Assembly (NCBI GenBank): GCA_038523235.1
Contig: JBCBJQ010000006.1
Span: forward strand, 11,387-75,386
Origin: Cyanobacteria bacterium J06626_4
GTDB taxonomy: Bacteria > Cyanobacteriota > Cyanobacteriia > Phormidesmidales > Phormidesmidaceae
Length of the DNA: 64,000 bases
Direction of reading: 5' to 3'
How positions within the stretch are numbered: the stretch's first letter is position 1; each line of letters begins with the position of its first letter. The position numbers and the translations under genes were made by a program. Below, one piece after another: positions 40,580-50,970 of the stretch. Under the pieces are notes generated by a model. That model was not told the origin of the DNA and made no database searches. It saw only the letters and a program-made list of their open reading frames with translations.

Positions 40580-41449
40580 TCAAGCAAACACGACGGTACG
40601 GTTGCCATAGACCAAGACTCGGTTTTGCAAATGCAGCCGTACGCCACGTGACAGCACAATTCTTTCTAAATCTTTGCCTTTGCGAATGAGGTCTTTGACA
40701 TCATCGCGGTGAGTGATTCGCACCACATCCTGCTCGATGATCGGGCCCGCATCGAGCGCTTCGGTGACATAGTGAGCCGTCGCGCCAATAATTTTGACGC
40801 CCCGCTCATGGGCACGGTGATAGGGTTGCGCCCCCATAAATGCGGGCAAAAATGAGTGGTGAATATTGACGACATTGGCAAATTGCCGCAAAAAGTCGCC
40901 ACTTAAAATCTGCATGTATTTAGCCAGTACGACTAAATCAATGTCGTATTGCTTGAGGAGGGCAAGCTGTTGCGCTTCTTGCTCAGCTCGAGTGGCCTTG
41001 CTAATCGGCACGTGGTGAAAGGCGATGTTGAACTGGTCGGCGATGGGCTTTAGGGTCTCGTGATTGCTGATAATCAGCGGAATTTCGGCGGCAAACTCCT
41101 GAGCCTGATGCCGCCACAGCAAATCTAGCAGGCAGTGATTTTGGCGACTGACCCAGATGGCCAAGCGCGGCATCGCGTCAGAAAAACAGAGCCGCCAGTC
41201 AGCCTGCAGGGGCTGCGCGATCGCGTTAAATGCGGGGCCAATTAAGTCGCGGGGCAGATTAAACCCGGCCAGACTCCATTCAATGCGCGACAAAAATAGG
41301 CCGCTGGCCCCATCACGATGCTGATCGGCATGGATGATGTTGCCGCCATTAGAGTAGATAAAGTTGGCAATTTTAGCCACCAATCCCTGCTGGTCAGGGC
41401 AAGAAATCAGCAGCGTAGCAGAAGGATAAAGCGTCGGTGGCGTCGTCAT
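40580..41449 (-). CDS. purU: formyltetrahydrofolate deformylase
   Basis: 289-aa ORF. N-terminal ACT domain (LLISCPDQQGLVAKIANFI) and a formyltransferase core (NIHHSFLPAF.GA.PYHRA). Confidence 0.95.
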   Translation of the reverse strand: MTTPPTLYPSATLLISCPDQQGLVAKIANFIYSNGGNIIHADQHRDGASGLFLSRIEWSLAGFNLPRDLIGPAFNAIAQPLQADWRLCFSDAMPRLAIWVSRQNHCLLDLLWRHQAQEFAAEIPLIISNHETLKPIADQFNIAFHHVPISKATRAEQEAQQLALLKQYDIDLVVLAKYMQILSGDFLRQFANVVNIHHSFLPAFMGAQPYHRAHERGVKIIGATAHYVTEALDAGPIIEQDVVRITHRDDVKDLIRKGKDLERIVLSRGVRLHLQNRVLVYGNRTVVFA

Positions 41450-41540
41450 AGCAATTGGACCAGTTGGGCCGGTTGAGTCCCTGAATAGCCATTAACCAGA
41501 GTACCTGCAAGCAGCTTTTTGAGATCCTTTGCCGCTGGGT

Positions 41541-42308
41541 TTAGGAGTCGTCCGGCTCGTCAGGAGGAGAGACATCGTCAGACTCAATGGCATCATCCGG
41601 TTCCTCACTGGCCTCACCATCATCAGCGGGGGCGGCTTCGCTGTCAGCCGCCGCTTCGTTATCTGGGGCAGCATCGTCAGGATTAGTCGCATCTGCAGGG
41701 TCGGTATCATCCTCGGCGGCGGGCGCTTCGTCGATCACGGCCTGCCACTCTTCTAAAGGGCGATCGACGCCGTTACGAATATTTTCTGTAACGATGGCGG
41801 CGTCGAGGTCGCCGGTGGTTTCAGACAGCGGCAGAGTTTCAGGGTCGATCAGCGCGTAATAGTTGCGACCACTAAAATCAGCCGCGCCTAGCACCAACTG
41901 GTGAGTCGTTGCGTCCGCCAGGGTGAGATCCACCGTGGCAAAGGGGGCATCAAGGCCAAACTCGGCCGGGTCACTGACTTCAATTGTCGTGGTCTGAACT
42001 AAACCATCGGTTGTTAAACGACTGAGCAAAAAGGCGATCGCGGCTTCCTCGGCAGGCTGTTGCTGAGGTTGCGTCATCTGCCAAAAGCCGCCTTCACCCC
42101 GCTCAAAAACCACGGTTTGATCCTGGGTTTCGATGCTTAACCCCACCACGTCGGCTTCTTTAAACTCAAACACTGGGGTCGCGGCGGCATTAGACTGCCC
42201 GGTAGTTGACCGAGTGGGGTTGCCCTGGCGGGCTTGCGTAAACAGCACTACGCCCCCCATCACCAGGGCAGTCGCCACCAAAATCATCGTGCTGCGCTGT
42301 AGTTTCAT
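41541..42308 (-). CDS. DUF4340-like periplasmic protein with acidic tail
   Basis: 255-aa ORF with an N-terminal anchor. It sits directly downstream of a GldG-like gene, as is typical for DUF4340. The last ~65 aa are D/E/A/P-rich. Confidence 0.75.
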   Translation of the reverse strand: MKLQRSTMILVATALVMGGVVLFTQARQGNPTRSTTGQSNAAATPVFEFKEADVVGLSIETQDQTVVFERGEGGFWQMTQPQQQPAEEAAIAFLLSRLTTDGLVQTTTIEVSDPAEFGLDAPFATVDLTLADATTHQLVLGAADFSGRNYYALIDPETLPLSETTGDLDAAIVTENIRNGVDRPLEEWQAVIDEAPAAEDDTDPADATNPDDAAPDNEAAADSEAAPADDGEASEEPDDAIESDDVSPPDEPDDS

Positions 42309-42312
42309 CGGT

Positions 42313-44283
42313 TTACCGTCGCCGCCAGGCCATCAAAATTGCCAATGCTAGCCCCGTCGCCGGCAGCACCAACAGCGAAAAAATGCTCAGCCCCCAAGCC
42401 TGCTGCCCCGTCATTGACAGGCGGCGATCAGTGACGGTTTTAGGCCGAATCGAAAGGGTGGCATCGCTCTCTTGCCCTAACCAGTTCACCGCATTGAGAA
42501 ACACGTCGCCGTTGAGCTGTTGGTCAAAGGAACCATCGATCGCGAAGCTGGTGTTGCCAATCACCACTAGGCGAGATTCATCGGCTAGTGACTCAGTCGC
42601 CGTCGGGTCTGTCGAGTCTTCTTCTGCCAACGGGGCTGCACCATCGGGAGCGTCCGGAGAGGCCGGGTCATCGGGGACAGCTGCCGTCGTCGCGTCTGAA
42701 TCGGTATCTTCTGCCGCTGCTCCTTCAGTGGCCAGAGATTCTGTCTCGGGCTCAGGCTCGGCGTCACCGGCTTCATCCGTGACGCTTTCATCGGTCACGG
42801 CGCTATCGGCTTCTGGGTCAGCAGTCGGGGCGGCCTCAGGCTCAGCGGCCTCAACTGCGGCAGCAGCATCAACGGCGGATTCCGTTTCACTTGCCTCGGC
42901 CCCCGGTGCCGCTGCGTCCACGTCGCCCTCATTAGCCTCAGCGTCCTCGCCCTCATCAGCCTCGGCCGTCACTGGTGCAGGCGTCATGGCAGTGGGATCG
43001 GCAGGACGACTGAGAGCCACACCCAACACATACGGCCCATCAGCCGGGGCATTGGGGTCAAAATTGAGATCGCCCGTATCCGAAATTGCTTCGGCGCGGC
43101 TTTGTGGATCGGTTAGCAAGAGCGGCGTGGTAGTGGTATCAGGCAGCTCTCGGCTTTCGATCGGGCGCGCTAGCGGAAAAAAGGAACGACCATCACCAAA
43201 GTCTTGGGTAATGGGGTGATCGCCATAGTTGCTCACGATGGGAGCTGCTGGGCCAAGCCCGACAAACTGACCGGCCCCCGAGGTGTCGAGCACCAGTCGA
43301 TCGTCTAAAACAACGCCCCAATCATCGAGCAGGACATTGAGCCCCCCGTCCGATCGCGGATCAAGCATCAACAGCAGCCCGCCCCCGGCTGAGAGATAGG
43401 CTTCCAGCGCCGCCACTTCGGCAGCGAAAAAATCTTGAGCTGGGCCCGCCACGACGACGACATCGGCATCGGCGGGCACCGTGCGCGCAGCGGCCAAATT
43501 CAGGGTCTGCACCTGGTAATCTTGGCCGGTCAGGGCCGCTACTGCTTGCCCCAGTTGCGCCTCTGGCCCTTCAATCAGCGGTTCGTCATGGCCTTGCACA
43601 AAATACACCGCCAGGGTGCGATCGCTGACAATTTGGTCGAGGGCATTGGTGAGCTGCCGTTCTGACAGGGTGGCGGCAGCGCCCGGGTTGGCCGCATTGG
43701 CCGTGCTGCCAATGGTTTGCAAAAAGCGGCGCTCTTCACCCACCACCACAAACACCATGCCTGCTTGGGTTGCCCCAAACGCTTGCGATCGAGTGGGATT
43801 TGCCACCGGATCAACATATTCAAAGGTGAAGTTGTTGCTGGCCTGACGATAGCTTTCCAGGAGCTGGACGTCCTGAGGATTTTGCACCGCGTCAAAGACC
43901 ACAACCTGCACCGGCGCTTCCAGCGCTTGCACAACTGTCTTCGAGGCGGGAGCCAGCGTAAACAGCTGGGTTTCGGTGAGGTCAAACCGGGCGGCATTTT
44001 GTACGGCGACAAAGTTCACCAACCCGAGAATCACTAGGACTGCGAGGGTGGCGATCGCGGCATTGGTCCCAGCCTGAGTCGAACGCTGCTGCCAAAACGC
44101 CCCGGCTGATTTGCCGCTAAAGCTCAACCCCAGCAGCAACAGGGCCACTCCCGCCACGAGCAAAATCGTCGGCAACAGCTGCCAGCCCGAGAGGTTACCC
44201 GCGACGAATCCCGCCGTGGCGCTGGCGAGCCCTGGCCAGGTGAGAAACTTGAGCCACTTTTCTGAAACTGCAATTCGTTTCAT
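42313..44283 (-). CDS. GldG-like ABC-transporter auxiliary component
   Basis: 656-aa ORF with N- and C-terminal TM anchors and a GldG-type periplasmic body. It contains a ~135-aa acidic low-complexity insert. Confidence 0.8.
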   Translation of the reverse strand: MKRIAVSEKWLKFLTWPGLASATAGFVAGNLSGWQLLPTILLVAGVALLLLGLSFSGKSAGAFWQQRSTQAGTNAAIATLAVLVILGLVNFVAVQNAARFDLTETQLFTLAPASKTVVQALEAPVQVVVFDAVQNPQDVQLLESYRQASNNFTFEYVDPVANPTRSQAFGATQAGMVFVVVGEERRFLQTIGSTANAANPGAAATLSERQLTNALDQIVSDRTLAVYFVQGHDEPLIEGPEAQLGQAVAALTGQDYQVQTLNLAAARTVPADADVVVVAGPAQDFFAAEVAALEAYLSAGGGLLLMLDPRSDGGLNVLLDDWGVVLDDRLVLDTSGAGQFVGLGPAAPIVSNYGDHPITQDFGDGRSFFPLARPIESRELPDTTTTPLLLTDPQSRAEAISDTGDLNFDPNAPADGPYVLGVALSRPADPTAMTPAPVTAEADEGEDAEANEGDVDAAAPGAEASETESAVDAAAAVEAAEPEAAPTADPEADSAVTDESVTDEAGDAEPEPETESLATEGAAAEDTDSDATTAAVPDDPASPDAPDGAAPLAEEDSTDPTATESLADESRLVVIGNTSFAIDGSFDQQLNGDVFLNAVNWLGQESDATLSIRPKTVTDRRLSMTGQQAWGLSIFSLLVLPATGLALAILMAWRRR

Positions 44284-44335
44284 AAATGTAATGACGTCGT
44301 GATGACCAACGGTATAAAAGGAGGCTGAGCCAGCC

Positions 44336-45151
44336 TTAATTGCGCTGAAACCGCAAGGCTTCGATGGACTGAGCCGTCAAAAAAAGTCCTAACAGAATAT
44401 AGGACAAAAACAGCACGACACTGCTGGTGTCGAGAATGCCCTGGGTGAAATCGTTGAAATGCTGCAGCATCGATAAATGGTTGAGCGCTGTCCCTAAACC
44501 ACCGGGAATCGCGCGAGCCACAGCATCCACAATCCACAAAAAGATCACTAGCGCAAAGGTCAAAATCGCCGCGATGACTGTGCTGCTCGTGAGGGAAGAG
44601 ACAAACATGCCCAATGACAGGATGCTAGTGGCCAGTAAGATCAGCCCCAGGTTGCCGACAACTAGCAGGGTTGGAGCTACGGCAGGCTCGGCGGTGCCCA
44701 GGGCGATCGCCACGCAAAGCATGAGCGGCAGCACCATGCCGATGTAAAACGTCACCACCGCCAGCAACTTGCCCAGCGCCACGACCCAGTTCATCACCGG
44801 TGACGTCGCCAAGAGTTCTAAAGTTCCTTGCTTGCGCTCTTCGGCATAGAGCCCCATTGAGAGAATCGGCAGCACAAACATCGACAGCGAACCTAAGACA
44901 CCTAAATACCCGCGCAGAAACTCATAGGCGATATCGATCGGAGCCAGGGCAACCCCCATCTGCAGGGCCTGGTCGCGCTGGGCCACCTGGGCTAACAGCC
45001 CCTCTGGACTAAACAGCACCAGCACCAAAAAGAAGCCCCCCAGCAGCCAAAAAATGGCGGCAATCACATAGGCCAGCGGCGCCGCAAAGTAGCTCTGCAG
45101 CTCCCGCCGATAGACCGCGAACAAACTGCTGATAACCTGTTTTACTGCCAT
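44336..45151 (-). CDS. ABC-2 type transporter permease (GldF-like)
   Basis: 271-aa ORF with six hydrophobic segments and an ABC-2 N-terminus (RRELQSYFAAPLAYVI). Confidence 0.85.
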   Translation of the reverse strand: MAVKQVISSLFAVYRRELQSYFAAPLAYVIAAIFWLLGGFFLVLVLFSPEGLLAQVAQRDQALQMGVALAPIDIAYEFLRGYLGVLGSLSMFVLPILSMGLYAEERKQGTLELLATSPVMNWVVALGKLLAVVTFYIGMVLPLMLCVAIALGTAEPAVAPTLLVVGNLGLILLATSILSLGMFVSSLTSSTVIAAILTFALVIFLWIVDAVARAIPGGLGTALNHLSMLQHFNDFTQGILDTSSVVLFLSYILLGLFLTAQSIEALRFQRN

Positions 45152-45178
45152 AACACTCCTGGGAATGACTGCTGAGGA

Positions 45179-46243
45179 TTACGGGGTCTCGGTGGAAATT
45201 GAGGCATCCGTCTGAGGGGTCGACGGCGCCGCCTCAGCGGGCATACCCGCCGCGCTAGCCTTCACCCCGGCGGATGGGGTAGACGGCGCGACCGATGGTT
45301 CGACCGCTTCTTCGGTCGTCAGGTTGAGAAACACATCTTCTAAGCTGGCCTGATGACGGCGCAGCTCGCATAGGCCAAAGCCAGCTCGCACTAGCGTTGC
45401 CGCGATCGCCTCACCCGGGTCACGCGCCGCGGCCTTGAGCGTAAACCGATAGCGCGAATCCATCTGCGTTGACGAGGTGGAGAGGGCCACAGCGGCCACC
45501 CCCGGCACCGCTGCCAACGTCTGCTGTACGGCGGCAGGGGCCCCGCGCACCTCGAGGTCGTAGCTCACGGCTCCCGTCAGCTGCTCCATCAGTGCCCCCA
45601 GCTTGCCAGCGGCGACGAGCTGGCCGCGATTAATGATGGCGACCCGATTGCAGGTGGCATCAACCTCCGGCAGGATGTGGGTTGACAGAATGATGGTGTG
45701 ATCACCCGCTAAACTGCGAATGAGCTCTCGCACCTCGCGATTTTGACGCGGATCAAGACCGGAGGTCGGTTCGTCTAGCACGATGACTGGCGGATCGTGG
45801 ACGATCGCCTGGGCGATACCCACCCGCTGCCGATAGCCCTTCGAGAGCTTGCGGATTAACACGGACTGCTTTTCTTCTAAGCCACAGCGGCGAATCGCGT
45901 GGCTCACCCGTCCAGGGCGATCGCCCGCCGCGACCCCTTTGATGCGCGCCACAAAGTGCAGAAAGGCGGTGACCGTCATATCGGGATACAGCGGCGGGCG
46001 TTCGGGCAGGTAGCCGATCCGCTGGCGCACCGCTAGCGAATCAGTGTGCACATCAAACTCGGCCACGCGGGCTGTGCCGCTGGTAGCCGGCAGATAACCG
46101 GTCAAAATGCGCATGGTGGTCGTTTTGCCGGCGCCATTGGGCCCCAAAAAGCCCAAAATTTCACCGGGCTCCACGCGAAAGGAGACGGCCTGCAGGGCCA
46201 CCGTAGAACCGTAAACTTTATGGAGGTCGTCAACTTCAATCAT
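45179..46243 (-). CDS. ABC transporter ATP-binding protein (GldA-like)
   Basis: Walker A GPNGAGKTT, signature LSKGYRQRVGIAQAI, Walker B VIVLDEPTSGLD, and an Ala/Ser/Pro-rich C-terminal tail. Confidence 0.93.
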   Translation of the reverse strand: MIEVDDLHKVYGSTVALQAVSFRVEPGEILGFLGPNGAGKTTTMRILTGYLPATSGTARVAEFDVHTDSLAVRQRIGYLPERPPLYPDMTVTAFLHFVARIKGVAAGDRPGRVSHAIRRCGLEEKQSVLIRKLSKGYRQRVGIAQAIVHDPPVIVLDEPTSGLDPRQNREVRELIRSLAGDHTIILSTHILPEVDATCNRVAIINRGQLVAAGKLGALMEQLTGAVSYDLEVRGAPAAVQQTLAAVPGVAAVALSTSSTQMDSRYRFTLKAAARDPGEAIAATLVRAGFGLCELRRHQASLEDVFLNLTTEEAVEPSVAPSTPSAGVKASAAGMPAEAAPSTPQTDASISTETP

Positions 46244-46483
46244 GGGCCAAGGACAGTCCTAACTGGGCTGGCGCGTTTTACAGTATACGTATAGCGATGT
46301 GTGCGATCGAAGGGTTCTACATTAGCAGCTCTCGTTAAAATTGGGCCGATTGCTCAAGGCGATGCCGTTAATTCCAGTGACGTCTGACCCGAGGGCGATC
46401 GCAACCCTGGCAGACGCTGACGTACAGTAAGCTCAAATCCTTCCCTTGCCCGCTGACCGCAACCTTGTCTTTTTCCCAAACTC

Positions 46484-46954
46484 ATGACCGAAACGCCTGA
46501 TTCGCCTATTACCGCTGATTCGTCCTTGGATGAGGAACTGCCGATTGGGCCGGGGGCATCTTTCACCTTCCTCTATTACTTCTCCACGGCGGCTTTCATC
46601 ACCGCTTTGTTCACGGCAAGAACCCTAGGCGTTGGCATCATGACGCCTTTGCCAGTGGAATTTGCGGTGGCAGGCGGTGCCATCGGCAGTGCCTTAGGCG
46701 TCATTTTTAACCGCTCCAGTACGCTGACCATACCGGTGACGAGTCCCAAAAAGTTTCGCCAAGAGGTGACTCGGGTGCTGGGTGAAATGGGGTACTCACT
46801 GCAGGCGACTGAGGGTAGCGTCTCACGCTATCAAAAAGCCAACGCCAGTCGTTTTTTTGCCGGGGATATCTATGTGCAGCCGCGACCAGACACGACGGTT
46901 TTTGTCAGTCGGGCCAGCAATATTCGCACCCTCAAGCGGCGACTCTCGCCTTAG
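46484..46954 (+). CDS. hypothetical membrane protein
   Basis: 156-aa ORF. Two hydrophobic segments followed by a soluble C-domain. Confidence 0.55.
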   Translation: MTETPDSPITADSSLDEELPIGPGASFTFLYYFSTAAFITALFTARTLGVGIMTPLPVEFAVAGGAIGSALGVIFNRSSTLTIPVTSPKKFRQEVTRVLGEMGYSLQATEGSVSRYQKANASRFFAGDIYVQPRPDTTVFVSRASNIRTLKRRLSP

Positions 46955-47364
46955 TCTCAGCAGATTTCTGGAGTCGACCACTCAGGAGGAGCTGGTGCAT
47001 GATGCGCAGCCGTACGCCCCGGCAGCAAGAGTGCTGGCCTGAGCACCGCCCTGATCAACGAATCCTGGAAATTAGTAGAGTCCACAGATAGCCCTAGCAT
47101 CCTCGAATTCTGCAAGCAGCTGCATCTGGTTTTTCCAGGACTTTAGAGGTGAGGAACCCAAACCGGACACAACTGCGGAGATCCTGAGGAGGAAGCAGGC
47201 AGGATTGTTTTATGGTGACAAGAGAGAAAACAGGTGACCGTCCCCTGCCGATCGGTCGGGACGCCGGACTGAAATGCTGAGCCGGTTGTGAAATCAGCAT
47301 CTGACCTTTCTGGCTCACAAATGCCGCCACTGTTAAGGATGAGAGAACGAGAGCGATCGCGCCC

Positions 47365-47610
47365 ATGGCCAAAAAACAAAAGTTTCCCCACTTAATCGGG
47401 TCAAAATGGACAGCGCAGCAAAAAACCTTTGGCTGGCGGCACTTTCACGTCGTCAATCGCAAAAATCAAGACGGCTTAGTCTTTGCTGAAATGGTAGCTG
47501 CCTGCGACCCCGAAGTCCGCTTTTGGGTCAATGCTAAGGGCCTCAAAAATCCGACCGTCTGGACGGCCGGGTGGAAATCTCGCCAAGAACAAGCAAGCCC
47601 CATTATGTAA
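47365..47610 (+). CDS. small Trp-rich conserved protein (TIGR02450-like)
   Basis: 81-aa ORF. KFPHLIGSKWTA...GWRHFHVVNRK pattern, recalled from the Trp-rich family. From memory only. Confidence 0.6.
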   Translation: MAKKQKFPHLIGSKWTAQQKTFGWRHFHVVNRKNQDGLVFAEMVAACDPEVRFWVNAKGLKNPTVWTAGWKSRQEQASPIM

Positions 47611-47659
47611 AAAATTGTTAAGCTACAGAAGCAGCAAGTTGAGACGATTTTCTTAAGTT

Positions 47660-47989
47660 ATGTTCTCTCCCGACTCTTCGCACCCGCCCGAGCAGCCCTT
47701 AGTGCAGACTGTGCTTGAGCCTCTGCTCGAAGACTTTGAGTACTGGTTTGGTGAAACCCTAGTGCTCCTAGCTTCTGTGCCCGCCCAGTGCCTTGAGCCC
47801 GATGAGCGAGCAGCACTCACGACGCAACTGATGACAGCGCAACAAGAGGTGGCGACGGCCAAAACCCTCTTGCTAGCTACAGACGGCCAAGCGGGCGTCG
47901 ATATCGCGATCGTCGGTCAGTGGCACCGATTGGTCAGCCGCTGTTGGCAAACCTCCCGATACGTTCGCCAGCATCGTCAAGCCGATTAA
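47660..47989 (+). CDS. conserved cyanobacterial hypothetical protein (DUF2605-like)
   Basis: 109-aa ORF. The LLEDFEYWF motif is reminiscent of that family. Unverified. Confidence 0.55.
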   Translation: MFSPDSSHPPEQPLVQTVLEPLLEDFEYWFGETLVLLASVPAQCLEPDERAALTTQLMTAQQEVATAKTLLLATDGQAGVDIAIVGQWHRLVSRCWQTSRYVRQHRQAD

Positions 47990-48224
47990 GGTCCGAACCG
48001 AGCAGTCTCTGGTTTCAATTCTTGCCTTCAACCTTGGATTCATCTCTCCGTGCTCAGACAGTGGCAAAGTTGTCTCAAAATCAACGTTTTTGCAGATGAC
48101 CTAAAATTGAGCGGCGGCTTTCGATAAACTGAAGCTAGAGATGCGTTGCGATCAATCTGCTCTATTCGTTTGGTCATCCAACCTTTCCATTGCAAAGCCC
48201 TTAGGGAGCAACCTTTACAAAACT

Positions 48225-48524
48225 ATGCTGCACGCTCTTTATCTCATTGCCTTCACAGTTTTGTCGGCATTGGCAATCAGTAATCTGATTCGCAATATCA
48301 TGATGTTCGGCACTGATGCCCGCCGCGACCCGCGTCAATCCTCCAACAAATCATCGAATCGTTCGACACCTCACCCCGAAATGCTGAATGACAAAGGGCA
48401 GGTTTTGGATGAACCGCTATTAGTGATGAAGTCCATCTCGCTCGAAGATGCCCGCGAGCAGCTGGATGCCCTTTACGATGGGTCTTCGAATGGGGCTGAC
48501 AGTGCGGCTGACGAAGAGGCCTAG
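48225..48524 (+). CDS. small membrane protein (DUF2973-like)
   Basis: ORF trimmed to ATG 48225 (MLHALYLIAFTVLSALAISNLIRNI). One TM segment plus a charged tail. Confidence 0.55.
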   Translation: MLHALYLIAFTVLSALAISNLIRNIMMFGTDARRDPRQSSNKSSNRSTPHPEMLNDKGQVLDEPLLVMKSISLEDAREQLDALYDGSSNGADSAADEEA

Positions 48525-48770
48525 CAACGAGCACGAACGCTGGAGGCGATCGCGAGATTAGGCAGTCGCTCAAGAGCAGTTGCCGGGTCTCAGGCGAGCC
48601 CTTGGGCAATACTCTTTCCCCGAAAATTGAAATGGCTACATGAGTCAGCTTAATTTGCCTTGATGGCTAAATGAGCTGACTTTTGTTGATCTGAGCAGAA
48701 CTCCTCAGTCCTCCCGCTGAGAGTGGTTCAACCCACCCCATTCGCCCCTCCCCAGAGGGAAAAGAAACGG

Positions 48771-48811
48771 GAGTGTCTGACCGAACTGGCGTTCAGTTCG
48801 GTCAGACACTC
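48771..48811 (-). terminator. 18-bp perfect hairpin at the 3' end of the surface-protein operon
   Basis: GAGTGTCTGACCGAACTG-GCGTT-CAGTTCGGTCAGACACTC. On the minus strand it is followed by a T-rich run (CCGTTTCTTTTCCC). It lies between convergent genes. Confidence 0.6.
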
Positions 48812-48918
48812 CAGAGTGCTGAAATCGTGATGCGACGAGCCTCCCAATTTCGCATTCCGATCGCGGCATTCCGTCGGGTCTTGCCCGGCGCGACGGATAT
48901 TCTGCTTCACTCCTCAAT

Positions 48919-50970
48919 TTAAGGCAAGCGAACGCGGAAGCGAATCGCCCCAAACTGATTGGCCGGGACGTCAAAGGCACCCGCCACCACGCCACCGCCG
49001 GCACCAACGCCCAGGCCACCAGTGGGACCGGGTGGCCCCAGCGGAAAGCTCCCCGGTGCCGAGAGACAAGAACTCTCTAACGGCGCGCCGGGCGATCGCC
49101 CCTGCACCTGCGATCCGCCGCCGAAAAATAGCGGCGGCGATAGCGGCCGAACCGACGAGAGCTGGAGCCCTGCTGCGGTGTTGAGCACGCTAGGCGGCTG
49201 TAACTCGTCACACACTTGGACCTGATTCACGGTGCTACCGCCGTTGTTCCAGAAGTAAATGGTGTATTCCACTTCGTCATCAGGCTGCAGGGCAAACCCG
49301 GCAGGCAAGGCCACAATACCCGGCAGAGCGTTGCCGCCCCCCAGAGCCGAGTTCAGCGCATTATCATCGACAAACCCAGCTTGGTCGTTAAATTGAGTCA
49401 GTCCAGTCACCGCCACTGGTGCTCCCTGCCGGAAAACATTGCTGATCCGTTTGACCACCACGAGGTTGGGGCCGGTATTAACAAACAACGTCGTCGGCGT
49501 GTTGTTGTTGTTGGGGTTGCCATCGTTGTCGGGGTCAACATTGTTGCCATCTTGAGAGACATCCGTCACCGGATCGCCCCCGCCGAGGGGTGTTCCACTG
49601 GCCGCCGCCAAGTTTTGCGCTTCTAAGATGCCGTCATTGAGTCCGTCAACTGACGGTCCCGCTCCCGTTGCGCCCAAGTCGGCCTGCACGGTCACGACCA
49701 CCGTGGCCGATTCTCCCGGGGCAAATTGATTTGCACTGGTGGCATCAAACAGCGTTGTGACCGACACCCCGTTGTAGACAGGATTGGCAACTGGCGCGAT
49801 GGCAGGTGTCCCCGCCGGGAAGCTGACCGCCACATTTTGGACAGTAAAACTATCCGCGCGGTTGAAAGCATTCGTAATCAAAACCGCCTGCAAATCTTCC
49901 GTTAACTGAACGTTATCCAACGCAATGGTGCCAGTATTAACAACCGTGATGGTGTAGGTAAACTCATAGGTGGTGCCCCCAATCAGCGTGGCTGGACTGA
50001 CAGACTTAGCCACGCCAATGCTCGGAATGCGAATGCGGTTAGACGTGTTGTTGTTAGTCGGGTCACCATCCCCGTCGGGGTCAACATCACTACCGGCTTG
50101 AGACACATCCGTCACCGGGCCGACGCCAGGGGGCGTCCCTGTAGCGATGGCACTGTTGTCAATATCGACGCTGTTATCAGAGGACAGATCTAAGCGGGTC
50201 GTAATCGTGATGATGGCGGTGTCACCAGGATTGAAGTTGCTGCCGGTGCTGAATAAACCAACATCCGTATTGCCGTCATAAGCACCGTTGAAGGTGGGCG
50301 CCGTGCCGGAACCGGTAAAAGTGATCGGGTTGGTCAGGGTGACGCTGACGATGGCATCGGCACCGTCGCTGGGGGCACCGTTGACGGTGGGATTATCGAC
50401 AAAAACCTCTTGCAGATCTTCGGCAATTTGCACGTTGGCCAGGGGCGTATTGCCGGTGTTTCTCACGACAAAAGTGAGATCGACATCGAACAGGCCGGGC
50501 GACCCCGCAACGGGCCGCAGCGCTGAGTTGGTTTTAGCCAGGCCAATACTCGGGGCCGGAATCAGCGTCCGTTTGACCACGGACTGGGTCGTGGGAGTTA
50601 GCGTCGCGCCCGGCACTCCTTCATTCACGGCCTGCTGTCGCACCCGAGCATCGACAAAGGAGGTGCCAGTAATCGTCGTGACATCGACCGGCGGGGCTCC
50701 AGCTTGGGGCGTAACACACAAAAAGAAGGTGACCGATTGGCCCGGTAGCAAAACACCCGTATCGACGACCCCATCACCATCGCTATCGGTCAACGGATTG
50801 CCGTTGACGTCTCTCAACTGGGCCACCACGTTGGCGGCGGTGCCCGTGGCGACGAGGTTGACGATGTCGTTGGTAAAAAAGTTGTTGGTTACCGTGAACG
50901 GGTGACAGACCTCGCTGCCAATGGTGGTGGTCAACGTCGTGTCTTCGACAATGGTAAAGTTACCTGCTCG
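48919..50970. repeat. ~2.05-kb direct repeat, copy A (3' two-thirds of paralogue A)
   Basis: Colinear with 52194-54245 at a constant offset of 3275 nt, with no indels. Roughly 90% nt identity by eye. Identity drops sharply beyond ~50970. Confidence 0.85.

Noticed and set aside
42383-43219. 278-aa ORF on the plus strand, antisense to the GldG-like gene. Similar long antisense ORFs occur at 33662-34471, 26787-27347, 50288-50905 and 53563-54180.
   Set aside because: They lie entirely inside well-supported genes on the other strand and have Ala/Ser/Gly/Arg-rich, motif-free translations. They are the expected stop-codon-poor antisense frames of GC-rich coding DNA. The duplicated pair in the DUF11 genes simply mirrors the DNA repeat.
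48700-48760. tRNA-like T-loop string GGTTCAACCC near 48725.
   Set aside because: The flanking ~70 nt cannot be folded into acceptor, D and anticodon arms. There is no conserved D-loop GG and no matching acceptor stem.
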